Source of the DNA: a bacterium
GTDB lineage: Bacteria; Patescibacteriota; Minisyncoccia; UBA6257; GWB1-50-10
Length of the DNA: 64,000 nucleotides
Assembly (NCBI GenBank): GCA_021814165.1
Contig: JAKAIX010000002.1
Location: 5,371-69,370, forward strand
Reading direction: 5' to 3'
Below are positions 29,065 through 38,058 of the stretch, piece by piece. A program made the translations under genes and the position numbers. Numbering within the stretch: position 1 is the first letter of the stretch; each line of letters opens with the position of its first letter. The notes beneath the pieces were generated by a model. It saw only the letters and a program-made list of their open reading frames with translations, made no database searches and was not told the DNA's origin.

Positions 29065-30420
29065 TATCTCTTTCTTTTGCTTTTGTTCTCTGACTTCGAT
29101 AAACAGATAGGTGGCAAACCCAAGGAACAAAAATACGTTCAGATAGATCGGCAGCACGTCAAAAAGCGCGACTCCCTGCCCCAGATATCCCATGGGAATT
29201 GCGAGGAGGAGCGCAACGAAGAGATAACCATACGGATGAAGATGCGCGACGATGCTCCGCCGATGCTTCACCAGCTGCGAGAAAAACACCACAAAGATTC
29301 CCAGAAAGCTCAGGAGCCCCAAAATGCCCGTCTCCGCGAGATAATCAAAATACACGCTGTGCGCTCTATCAAACCACGTCTCGGAATGCTGGTCCGGAAC
29401 GAAGTGCCGCGTGTCGAGATATTTGTCAAAAACGACGCCGAAGTTTTCCGGCCCCCATCCCAAAAGCGGGCGTTCTTCCCAGCCCTTTATCGCCGACCCC
29501 CACGTCCAAAGACGGGTCTGCGCGGTTTTATCCGAGGTCGATACGTCAAGGAGACGGCTTGAGGATTCGCAGAAAGGGACGAGCGGAATACTCTCGTGAC
29601 GGAACGTGAAAGCGAGCGCCGCGAATACGATGCAGATCCCGGCGAGCGCAACCGAAATTTTCTTCCCTTTCCCTTGGGGAAGCGCAAACGCGAGATAAAG
29701 GAGCGCCGCGATAATACCGAGGCCGAACCCCAAGAGCGCGCCGCGCGTTTGAGAAAGAAGGAAAAATAACAAAAGGACGACAAGAAGCGCGGCGAAGAAC
29801 ACGTTTCTTTTCCCGTTCGATTTTTTTGAAAACCACAGCCACGACGCGTAAAACATCATGAACATAAGGTAGGGCGCAAGGTACGCCGGATTGCCGAACG
29901 ATCCGGCAATCCGGTCGCAAAATCCCGCGGGACCGATGAACGAGTTGATTCCGAGCGACGCGGCAATCCCGTAAAGAATCACCAACCCCGATGCGGCGAG
30001 CGAGAGCGTAAAAACCCATTTCCATTCCGCTCTGCTGCGAAACAGAAGCAACAAGAGCAGGAAGAAAACGTAGAAATGGAGCATCTGAAGCCCCCCGTCA
30101 CCGCGCTCGAAGTTCGACCAGAATGCCGCACCCGAGTCATAGGCGAAAAGCGACGCAAGAAGGAATACCAGCACGAAAGCGGAGACCGCAATAAACAGCG
30201 GGTGGCGGAATATCTGTTTTGCGCGCACCTTGAGCGTCTCCCACTCTCCCTTTGAAAAAATAACTCCCAGAAGGAATGAAATAAGCGCGAGATCGACGAT
30301 ACCGCGGAAGAACACGTACTTCCCCACCACAAAGGGGAAGAGCGTCGAGTTGGTAACGAGCGCAACACAGAATACGGAGATATAGAGAAGAATGCGAGAG
30401 AGTTTGAAGTAGTTAAACAT
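29062..30420 (-). CDS. Wzy_C / O-antigen-ligase-family polytopic membrane protein (PglL-like O-oligosaccharyltransferase candidate)
   Basis: 452 aa, about 10 to 12 TM helices, typical O-antigen ligase domain architecture. Confidence 0.55.
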   Translation of the reverse strand: MFNYFKLSRILLYISVFCVALVTNSTLFPFVVGKYVFFRGIVDLALISFLLGVIFSKGEWETLKVRAKQIFRHPLFIAVSAFVLVFLLASLFAYDSGAAFWSNFERGDGGLQMLHFYVFFLLLLLLFRSRAEWKWVFTLSLAASGLVILYGIAASLGINSFIGPAGFCDRIAGSFGNPAYLAPYLMFMMFYASWLWFSKKSNGKRNVFFAALLVVLLLFFLLSQTRGALLGFGLGIIAALLYLAFALPQGKGKKISVALAGICIVFAALAFTFRHESIPLVPFCESSSRLLDVSTSDKTAQTRLWTWGSAIKGWEERPLLGWGPENFGVVFDKYLDTRHFVPDQHSETWFDRAHSVYFDYLAETGILGLLSFLGIFVVFFSQLVKHRRSIVAHLHPYGYLFVALLLAIPMGYLGQGVALFDVLPIYLNVFLFLGFATYLFIEVREQKQKKEI

Positions 30421-30423
30421 AAC

Positions 30424-30532
30424 AGTGAATTATCAATTTTCAATTTCCAATGATCAATTGATTTTAAAATTATTTAATTGAATCATTTATCGAAAATTGG
30501 AAATTGGCCATTGAAAATTTATACTCCTTTCC
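30424..30532. repeat. intergenic inverted heptad-array element, copy B
   Basis: caattttcaatttccaatgatcaattg ... cgaaaattggaaattggccattgaaaat; between a stop (30541) and a start (30420). Confidence 0.8.
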
Positions 30533-30540
30533 ATTATACC

Positions 30541-33051
30541 CTACTTCACGGGCGTTATCTCTATCTTCGGCGTTCCCAAACCCGAAGAAGACGGAGCGGG
30601 GAGTTTGATTCCAAGTCCGTTGAATACCGGTTCGAGTTGCGACCAGATCGGGACTGTCCTGAAATCGATTTTTGTCGAGAGTCTTTCGAACTCGACCTTC
30701 GCCTCGGGATACTTCCCCCAGAGATAGTACGCAACCGCGATTTTCAAATTGATTTCGTTCTCCTGTAAAACGCTGGGCCTCATCTTCAACGCCCACGCAT
30801 AGTAACGGATTGCCGACTCATAGTCCTGTTTCTCATCCCCCATGATATCCCCGAGAGTCGTCGCTTCCGCTATGGTGCGCGGCTTACGATTGAGTTCCAA
30901 CGCTTTCCCTATTTCCCTGTCTCCCGTCGGAACGTCATGGAGCTGGTACGCAATGATTCCCAGATAGAAGTGTGGGTCTCCCGCCGACGGGTTCAAGTCA
31001 ACGGCAACCTTAAGCGCGTCGTAGGCGCTTTTCAAATCGCCTTCGAGAACCTTGGTCTTTCCGATTATATAGTACACCTGCTGGCGGTTCGGACTCAGCT
31101 CGAGAGCCTTTTTCTCCAACGCCTCCGCGTCTTTCAGGTAGCCCGCATCGAATTCATAAAACGTGTTTTTAAAGTCCGCGAGCGTGGCATAAAAAAGATA
31201 ATTCCGAGGATGATGATCAATCACTTTTTGCAGCTCCCCCTCAACGCGTTTCTGCAGGTTTGCGACATCGGGGTATTCGACCTGGCTCTCATACGCTCCT
31301 TTCACCACGTTTGCGAACGTAAGCCGGATATCGTCACGGTACGGGGTTCCCGCTGCAAGCGCCTCGTTCAGCGCCGAAACCGATTCCGCAGGAAGTTTGT
31401 TGAGATAATAATTGGGGCCCCAGTACTCACGGCCGGCGGCATACACCATGGGCCAGTTGAGAAAGAAAATCGGGATAAGCGAAACGACGAGAGCGGGGTA
31501 GGCGAACGGAACACGGGATGACGACGAACGCTCGCCGCCATGGGGAGGTCCGGCCTCCTCACGATCGGAGGCCGGGCCTCCTAATATTGCGTTCGGCGAT
31601 CCCTTATAGCGAACATCTATATAGGCTAAGACGAGAAAAAACATAAGATAGGTGCCGATCGTATCGAAGATGACGAGGTTTTGGATAAAATACGCGGCGA
31701 GCATGCCGAAGAATATGATTTTCGGGATACTCCCCTCCCTCGATCTTTTCAGTTCGTAGAGAAGAAGAGCCCATATTCCGAGATACGCAAGAAGTCCCAC
31801 TATGCCGCTTGTTATTGCGTACTCGATAAGCACGTTGTGCGGCTTGTCCCAATACGTCTCGCCGAAATTATTGGAAAGCAGTGCCGGATCATAATGTCTC
31901 TGGAATGCGAGGTTGAAATTTTCCCACCCGAATCCGAATACCGGATGTACAGAGAACGATTGCGCAGCGCTTCGCCACGCGATTATTCTGTTTTCAAATT
32001 CGCTCCGCACCGTCGTGAAGCTTTGGATACGATCAAATCCTGGTACCTGCATCCAAAATGAAGCGCTCCGCGTAAAATAAAAGACGCCGCCGAATGCAAT
32101 CACTATTATAAGAATCCAAAGCCAGACATTTTTAAAAATGAGAAAACTCTGCCTCCCGCCGGAAAAACGTGAAGGATCGGCCTCCAAGCGCGAGGAGGCC
32201 GAGCCTCCTGATTTTGCGTTTGTGCGCTGATAGCGGATAGCGAGAAGAAAAATAATAATGAAGAGACCGACTATAAGACCTCCTATATCTCCTCTTGTCT
32301 CGGTTTTAAAAATAGCAAACGCATCAACGAGAGCGATTATGAGGGCAAGCCACGGCATGACGCGGGCGACACCACGGAGGCCCGGCCTCCGCGAGTAGGA
32401 GGCCGGGCCTCCCAATTCCGCGGAACTCCTAGTTTCATACCAAACATATATCCCCAGGAAGACGTGAAAAAGGAGATAACCGGCGAGGAACGTGGGGTTA
32501 CCGAACGAAGATCCCGGGCGCGGATCATCCTGTCGCAGGAAAAATTGTCCGATATCGGGAAGGAAGGTAAGAAGCGCGCCAAGCGCGGAGAACAAACTCG
32601 CCACCAAGCTCGCAAACCAGACATTCTTCCATTTGAGCTCATCTCCGAGGGAAGAGAGAGCGACGAAGAAGAGTGTAAAAATCCAGAGTGCAACAATGCC
32701 GATGGTACGCACCTCTTGCGACCATAAACTCATCATGAGATCCTCCCCAAAAAACGCGGAGATAGTGAGTACGAGCATAAAGACGACAACACCGATAGTG
32801 AGGGGGGTGAAACGAGGACTAAAACGGCGACGGTCAAAGCGAGGAGACTCGGCTTCCTTACTGAGGCCGAGTCTCCTGCCGAGGACGAGCGCGACCCAGA
32901 GGAAGATAATGATTCCCGCGAGCGACTGGAAAATAGCGCTCTTTACGACGATGAAAGGATTCATCGTCCACTTCCAGAAAAAGAGGGGGACAAGTATCAC
33001 CATCGCGTAGAGGCAGCCGCGGATAATCTTCAAAACGGAGTTTTCGGACAT
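30541..33051 (-). CDS. Wzy_C/O-antigen-ligase-like polytopic membrane domain fused to C-terminal TPR repeats
   Basis: 836 aa. The N-terminal ~480 aa are multi-TM; the C-terminal ~300 aa are TPR (ALELSPNRQQVYYIIGKT..., LKMRPSVLQENE...). Carries four in-frame GC-rich palindromic inserts. Confidence 0.6.
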   Translation of the reverse strand: MSENSVLKIIRGCLYAMVILVPLFFWKWTMNPFIVVKSAIFQSLAGIIIFLWVALVLGRRLGLSKEAESPRFDRRRFSPRFTPLTIGVVVFMLVLTISAFFGEDLMMSLWSQEVRTIGIVALWIFTLFFVALSSLGDELKWKNVWFASLVASLFSALGALLTFLPDIGQFFLRQDDPRPGSSFGNPTFLAGYLLFHVFLGIYVWYETRSSAELGGPASYSRRPGLRGVARVMPWLALIIALVDAFAIFKTETRGDIGGLIVGLFIIIFLLAIRYQRTNAKSGGSASSRLEADPSRFSGGRQSFLIFKNVWLWILIIVIAFGGVFYFTRSASFWMQVPGFDRIQSFTTVRSEFENRIIAWRSAAQSFSVHPVFGFGWENFNLAFQRHYDPALLSNNFGETYWDKPHNVLIEYAITSGIVGLLAYLGIWALLLYELKRSREGSIPKIIFFGMLAAYFIQNLVIFDTIGTYLMFFLVLAYIDVRYKGSPNAILGGPASDREEAGPPHGGERSSSSRVPFAYPALVVSLIPIFFLNWPMVYAAGREYWGPNYYLNKLPAESVSALNEALAAGTPYRDDIRLTFANVVKGAYESQVEYPDVANLQKRVEGELQKVIDHHPRNYLFYATLADFKNTFYEFDAGYLKDAEALEKKALELSPNRQQVYYIIGKTKVLEGDLKSAYDALKVAVDLNPSAGDPHFYLGIIAYQLHDVPTGDREIGKALELNRKPRTIAEATTLGDIMGDEKQDYESAIRYYAWALKMRPSVLQENEINLKIAVAYYLWGKYPEAKVEFERLSTKIDFRTVPIWSQLEPVFNGLGIKLPAPSSSGLGTPKIEITPVK
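31544..31581. repeat. in-frame GC-rich palindrome doublet, insert 1
   Basis: ggaggtccggcctcc-N8-ggaggccgggcctcc inside the CDS; encodes GGPASDREEAGPP. Confidence 0.8.
32172..32208. repeat. in-frame GC-rich palindrome doublet, insert 2 (first half degenerate)
   Basis: ggatcggcctcc-N8-ggaggccgagcctcc, followed by a tgattttgcg flank similar to insert 1. Confidence 0.7.
32376..32412. repeat. in-frame GC-rich palindrome doublet, insert 3
   Basis: ggaggcccggcctcc-N7-ggaggccgggcctcc; encodes GGPASYSRRPGLR. Confidence 0.8.
32843..32877. repeat. in-frame palindrome, insert 4 (variant)
   Basis: ggagactcggc-N13-gccgagtctcc. Confidence 0.6.
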
Positions 33052-33120
33052 AGGAGTAGTTTACAACAAAAAATCTTGATTTCAAATTTCAATATTAGGA
33101 GGAGGAGTGTAATAGGAGGA

Positions 33121-33150
33121 CAAAAAAACAACCCGCCGGAAAGGCGGGTT
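33121..33150 (-). terminator. rho-independent terminator of the surface-protein gene
   Basis: cccgcc-ggaaa-ggcggg stem-loop followed on the minus strand by TTGTTTTTTTG. Confidence 0.8.
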
Positions 33151-33174
33151 GTTTCGTACCAACGAATTGCTCCC

Positions 33175-36100
33175 CTAGTTGGTGTAGGTGACGTGTGCGA
33201 GGTTGAGCGGGACGCTGACGTCGCTTGAAAGATTCAAGCCGTTCGCCGTCGAGCCGCTAACTGCGCCATCGCCCCAGTTGACATCCGATGCAGCATTCAT
33301 GGTCACGTCGAGTGACTGACCAAGGTTCGCCGAGACATAGAAGTTCGACGAATCAACCTTGAGCGCGATACCCTTCGTGGAACCCGACGAAATCGGGGTT
33401 CCCGTAAAGGCAAAGCTTACGCTACAAGAGTTGCCGGTCGGGCTGCAGGACTGCGGGTTCGTCGCTCCATCATAAGCCGATCCGGTTGAAGGATCGATAA
33501 GGCTCACGTTGAAGGAACTTGCCGTCGAGAGCGCGCCGCCGACGAATCGGAGTGACAAGGTGTTTACCTTGATTTCCTGACCCGAAGCATCCGCGCTAAG
33601 TTTCACGCACGCGACATAGTCGGTCGTGGTTCTCGAGCGAGCAGTCGTGGAACCGCCAGTGTAGCTGCCGCACGTGCTGTCGGAGCCCAAAGAGGTTCCG
33701 GCAAGCGAGAGCTTGCTTCTCAACGTTGTAAGCGTCGCGAAGGACGGCGTGCCCGTTACCGTCACCGAAGTGTTGGAGGACTTGCCGTACGCAACTACGC
33801 TCGAGGTCGCCGAAATCGCGATCGAGGTGGTCGCATTTTCAATGCTGCCACCGCCGACCACGAAGGGCGCCGCGTTACCGCGGAGTTCCACCGAGAGCGT
33901 TCCGGCCTGCGGCACCAACATAGAGGCGCTGTTGCCGAAGTTGAAGTCAGCTACGAAGGACGGAGCCGCGCTCGTCATCGAGATCGGACCCGCGCCCGCA
34001 ATAGCCGCTCCGCTCGCGTCATAGAGCTGCAGGTTCGTGAATGCAGCGCCAACCGAGGATCCGGTGTTCAAGTTAAACTTGAGCTCCTGGATTCTGATCG
34101 GTTCGATACCCGCCGTGTCAGTCAAGAGGATCTTCGCCAAGCTTACGCCCGTCGAACCCAAGACAACCTGGCGCGAAGCGCCGGAGTTGTTGTTTGAGAT
34201 CGTGAGCGAAGGACCTGTCGATACCGTGATGTTCTGACCGGTCGGAGTACCGCTGCAGGAGACGGACGTATTCGTCGTCTGACCCGTTCCCGTGCAGGAT
34301 ACGAACGAAGTGAGCGTTCCCATGTCGCCGGTGTTCGTGGTCAAGATATCCGCATAGATATCAACAACCGCCGTACCTCCCACGGGGACCGTGAAGGTGC
34401 CCGCGAAAGTATGATTGCCGGACGAGATGGTCGAGATCGCCGAACCGATGACCGTCGAACCAACCATCGCCTTGAGGTTCTGGAAGTTCGAGGACGAAGC
34501 GTTCGTCGAAACCGTGAAGTTCGAGATGTTCACGCCTTCAGCCGAGGATGCGGTAAAGACGTACGAACCGACTTTCGTCGCCGGTGCGCCTTTCGCATAC
34601 GTCTGGCTCGCAAACGCGCCGTTCTTCGTCACCGTAAGAGGTGTCGTCGAAAGCGTGAGTGCGGAACCGGTCGCCGAACCGCTCGAGCTCGTCTGGCTTG
34701 AAGTCAAGCCCTGCAAGTTCGAGGAGTTGCCCGGCAGGCTGGCAGTCACCGTCGTGAAGTCAGCACCCGTCTGAACATCGCCTCTCACGGAAATCGTGCG
34801 AGTCGTGTTTGCGGGGATGACATATACGATCGGCGAGCCGCTCGTACCGAAGTGACACGTTACCGTGCCTCCCGCTACGAAGGAACAACCGCCGCTGTTC
34901 GCCGAACTGGTATTGCCAGTCGTCGAAATCGTGGTGCCGATCTGGTTGCCCTGATCGTCAACCAAGCGGAGGTTTTGCAGGTCGGAATCGAACGCAGTGG
35001 ACGAATTCGTCCAGTTGTGTGTTCCACCCGTCTTCACTAAGTTCACATCCAAGAACTTCACTTTTACGGCCTCACCCGCCGCGTATACGTCAAATTTCGC
35101 GAGGGTTGTTCCCGCACCACCCAAGGCAATATTGCCGGTCGGGGTGTTCGTGTTGACGGAGGTCGTGATCTGTCCCTGGTTGATCGTTACCTGTACGCCG
35201 GAACCGCCGTTTACGGTCACCGAGACAGGAACGTTGTACTGCGTGTCTACCGCGTAGATGTCATACGAGTTCAGAACTTCGAACTGGAAGTTGAAGCTCG
35301 GGGAACCCGTTACGTCCGCGTAGACCTGGATGTTGTTCGATCCGGTCTGAAGTTTTACCGGAGCCGACGAGAAGTCGAAGTATCCCGAGCCGTCCGCAGT
35401 AACAGAAGCCAAGGTGGCTCCCGCCTGCTTTCCGTTCACGAGCATCTTCACGTTCTTCAGGTCGGTCTTCAGCGCGGAACCAACCACCTTGAAGTTGATC
35501 GAGGTGAGGTTTACCGGGCTGTTGCTCACCGTCGCGGTCCACTGCGATACGAGGACACCGTTCGTGCCCGCATACACCGTGGTACCCACGGACGATGACG
35601 CAAGCGTCACGGACGCGATCGAAGGATTCGAGACGCTCGTCACCGTGAAAACGTTGCCGTTCATCGGGAAGGTCGCCGAAGCCGTGACCGCCGCGCCGGT
35701 CGCATCAGTCGCACTTACATCGCTTGCTCCGGTCATTGCAAACGCAATCGTGTTACCGGCGGAGAGATTCACCGCAGGATCGATCGAAAGCGTAAGGTTT
35801 ACGGTCTGACCGGCCGCAATGTTCAAAGCGATTCCGGAGAATTCAATCACGCCGCTGTTCACGGACGTGTATTGATACAATACCTTGCCGTTTTGGACGA
35901 GGTATGCACCGGAGATCGCCGAATCAGCTACTACGCCTGTCTTGTGGAATTTGAGATTCGTGACAGTAACGCCGCTCGCGGTGCCAGCCGTCAAATTGAA
36001 GGCCATTACCGGAACGCGAGCCGCCGCTGAATTGGTGCTCGAAATTAACGCACCCGCCGCAGGATTATTGGAAGCAAGGCTTACCGCCAATCCGGATGCA

Positions 36101-36627
36101 GGAGCGGGAACCGACGGGGTGGAAGGAGTGCCCGGCGTCGACGGAGTCGACGGGGTTCCTACACTCACCGCGTTTACGCTTTCTCTGGTCTTAGGACCAA
36201 AGTACCCGACCGCGGGGGAGATTCCCTTCGCTGCCTGGTATTTTGCGAGAGCCGCCTTGGTCGCGGGGCCGAAGTATTCGGTTTCATTCCCCTTTGATCC
36301 GGCGCCGCTCGTCGCAACGGCGTAGCCGCTGCTATTCAAGAACTGCTGCAACGCCTTCACGTCCGTCCCCTTGCTTCCAAGGGTGAGGTCCTTAGAAAAA
36401 GTGTAAGACGAGCCGGAAGAGCCCGCAGTTCCCAATTGAGCCTGCAAAGCACTGATCTGCGCCAAAAGCTGGGCGATCTGCGCCTGCAGTTCCGCTGTAG
36501 TCGCCGCGGAGGCCGTGATCACTGAACCGGCAAACCATGCAACGGTCGCGACCGAAAGGCCTACTGCAACGACTTTTCGACTTAAATTACTCATTGTGTT
36601 GATAATTTCTGAAGAACACCGATCCAT
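33175..36627 (-). CDS. giant secreted/cell-surface protein: N-terminal signal/TM anchor, coiled-coil (AQLLAQISALQAQL), peptidoglycan-binding (PG_binding_1-like) domain, then about 950 aa of Ser/Thr/Gly/Ala/Val-rich beta-repeat (Ig-like) region
   Basis: 1150 aa. LGSKGTDVKALQQFLNSSGYAVA...GPATKAALAKYQAAKGI matches PG-binding domain signatures. The rest is low-complexity T/S/G-rich, consistent with an S-layer or pilus-like and O-glycosylation substrate. Confidence 0.6.
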   Translation of the reverse strand: MDRCSSEIINTMSNLSRKVVAVGLSVATVAWFAGSVITASAATTAELQAQIAQLLAQISALQAQLGTAGSSGSSYTFSKDLTLGSKGTDVKALQQFLNSSGYAVATSGAGSKGNETEYFGPATKAALAKYQAAKGISPAVGYFGPKTRESVNAVSVGTPSTPSTPGTPSTPSVPAPASGLAVSLASNNPAAGALISSTNSAAARVPVMAFNLTAGTASGVTVTNLKFHKTGVVADSAISGAYLVQNGKVLYQYTSVNSGVIEFSGIALNIAAGQTVNLTLSIDPAVNLSAGNTIAFAMTGASDVSATDATGAAVTASATFPMNGNVFTVTSVSNPSIASVTLASSSVGTTVYAGTNGVLVSQWTATVSNSPVNLTSINFKVVGSALKTDLKNVKMLVNGKQAGATLASVTADGSGYFDFSSAPVKLQTGSNNIQVYADVTGSPSFNFQFEVLNSYDIYAVDTQYNVPVSVTVNGGSGVQVTINQGQITTSVNTNTPTGNIALGGAGTTLAKFDVYAAGEAVKVKFLDVNLVKTGGTHNWTNSSTAFDSDLQNLRLVDDQGNQIGTTISTTGNTSSANSGGCSFVAGGTVTCHFGTSGSPIVYVIPANTTRTISVRGDVQTGADFTTVTASLPGNSSNLQGLTSSQTSSSGSATGSALTLSTTPLTVTKNGAFASQTYAKGAPATKVGSYVFTASSAEGVNISNFTVSTNASSSNFQNLKAMVGSTVIGSAISTISSGNHTFAGTFTVPVGGTAVVDIYADILTTNTGDMGTLTSFVSCTGTGQTTNTSVSCSGTPTGQNITVSTGPSLTISNNNSGASRQVVLGSTGVSLAKILLTDTAGIEPIRIQELKFNLNTGSSVGAAFTNLQLYDASGAAIAGAGPISMTSAAPSFVADFNFGNSASMLVPQAGTLSVELRGNAAPFVVGGGSIENATTSIAISATSSVVAYGKSSNTSVTVTGTPSFATLTTLRSKLSLAGTSLGSDSTCGSYTGGSTTARSRTTTDYVACVKLSADASGQEIKVNTLSLRFVGGALSTASSFNVSLIDPSTGSAYDGATNPQSCSPTGNSCSVSFAFTGTPISSGSTKGIALKVDSSNFYVSANLGQSLDVTMNAASDVNWGDGAVSGSTANGLNLSSDVSVPLNLAHVTYTN

Positions 36628-37136
36628 ACGAAAATAAGCTTGCTCGTCGTTATTTGCCGTATGAATGATTGTTCTTGTATATATTCGATATTTGTTGTTC
36701 GTTCACAGCAAAGTGTTTCTTTGCCGTGCCGTCGACCTTTAAGGGTTTTCAGGAACGCCGTAGTCATTCCCGGCTTGTCGACCCCCGTCTTTGTGAGGAG
36801 AAGGCGGCGGAAGCCAAGGAAGCGGCGTATTAGTATCAAAAAAACAGAAAATCTCGCTTTGGAGCGAGACCTATTATAACCCGAGTACGCAGTATACTCC
36901 TTCGGCCGAGACACCCATCACCGAATCGAGCATATTCGGAAACGGATGACTCAACCAAAGGATTGCGCCTTTCATGGGTTAGTCGGGCCTCACTCCCTTC
37001 TAACTCTTCTTATAGTATACCAAATTACAGGAATTTTCCGAGCGCTGCAAGCGCCTCTTTCTCCACAGCTATTTCAGTACATTATCTATAACGAAAAAGG
37101 GGTGTTTTTTGTTACGAGAAGGCCTGCAGGAAGGTT

Positions 37137-37223
37137 GTATTTCCACACTACATTCCCCTTACTCGGGCGCTCCGGGCCGCTTGGCCAAGTCTTACCCTCG
37201 TTCGGAGAATGTAGTGTGGAAAT
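37137..37223. other. long perfect hairpin (17-bp stem) enclosing a 42-nt core identical to a second copy at 46066-46112 (inverted orientation)
   Basis: Stem atttccacactacattc / gaatgtagtgtggaaat; core actcgggcgctccgggccgcttggccaagtcttaccctcgttcg. Confidence 0.8.
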
Positions 37224-37269
37224 CTAAAAGTGTGCATTCTCTCCAAAAAAACGAGGAGAGAAATAAAAA

Positions 37270-38058
37270 TCAAGGTAAAAGCCACGGAGCGGTGGCGAAA
37301 AGGATACTCGCAAAGACCGCGAAAAAGGTAAGCTCCTTGAGAATAAAAGAGAACGAAAGGGTGCCCTCAAAATGCATAAGAAGGGCGTCCCGAAGGAGGA
37401 TAAGCACCACTGCGAGAAACGCGCCGGCGTTCAGGAACCCGAGGGGGAGAAAGAGCGCGAGTGCCGCTATTTCGGAGGCGAGGAGGCCCAGGGAGACGGC
37501 CGTGAGGCGGAGTGAACGCGAGATCGCGACGCCCAGGAACGAGAACGCTTCCTTTATAAGGAGGGTGGTTACCAAAAACACCGCAAGGAGCCAGAAAAAA
37601 AGCGGGAAAAACGCCTCGCGCCCCAGTGAAGGGGCAAAGTAGAAAAACTCGACGAAGGTAAAGAAAAGAATCACCGAATGGACAAGCCGATACCAAAGCG
37701 GCCGTTCCGCAATCACATAATTCAGGTTGCCGAGCACGAGATACAAAAGCGCGCCGAATCCGAGAAATGCCAGCACCTCCATTATCGTCGCGATGAAGAA
37801 AGAAGGGAGGGAGAACGTGATGGCGTAGAGGCCGAGGAGTGCCGCTATCCCGAGAACCCAAAAGGAGACGCGGATTACCTCGCGGCCGGAGCGCTCGGAA
37901 CGGTATATCCACGCGAGAACCGCGAAATACACGAGGGAGCCGAAAAAGGAAAACCCGAGGAGATAAGCAAATCCGAGCGCTGCCACTGCTCCGAGAGACT
38001 TATACAGTAACCTCCACTTGGTCTCCTTTGGTAAGGATGACAGTAGCTTTTGTACCAT
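37270..38058 (-). CDS. hypothetical polytopic membrane protein
   Basis: 262 aa, about 8 TM helices, no recognisable motifs. The N-terminal 59 nt overlap the clpB 3' end, so the true start may be downstream or non-ATG. Confidence 0.45.
   Translation of the reverse strand: MVQKLLSSLPKETKWRLLYKSLGAVAALGFAYLLGFSFFGSLVYFAVLAWIYRSERSGREVIRVSFWVLGIAALLGLYAITFSLPSFFIATIMEVLAFLGFGALLYLVLGNLNYVIAERPLWYRLVHSVILFFTFVEFFYFAPSLGREAFFPLFFWLLAVFLVTTLLIKEAFSFLGVAISRSLRLTAVSLGLLASEIAALALFLPLGFLNAGAFLAVVLILLRDALLMHFEGTLSFSFILKELTFFAVFASILFATAPWLLP

Noticed and set aside
33674-36325. Multiple 60-150-aa ORFs on the plus strand inside the surface-protein gene
   Set aside because: They are antisense to a continuous 1150-aa ORF with signal peptide and terminator, and have compositionally biased Ala/Val/Thr-rich translations typical of shadow frames.
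36740-36830. Possible SRP (4.5S) RNA: GGAA tetraloop and CCAAGG/GGAAG motifs
   Set aside because: I could not place the conserved helix-8 symmetric loop order (GGUCC-GGAA-GGAAGCAGCC-AAGGCAG) or a closing 5'/3' helix. Resemblance is limited to short GNRA-like words. Left only as a generic ncRNA-gap finding.
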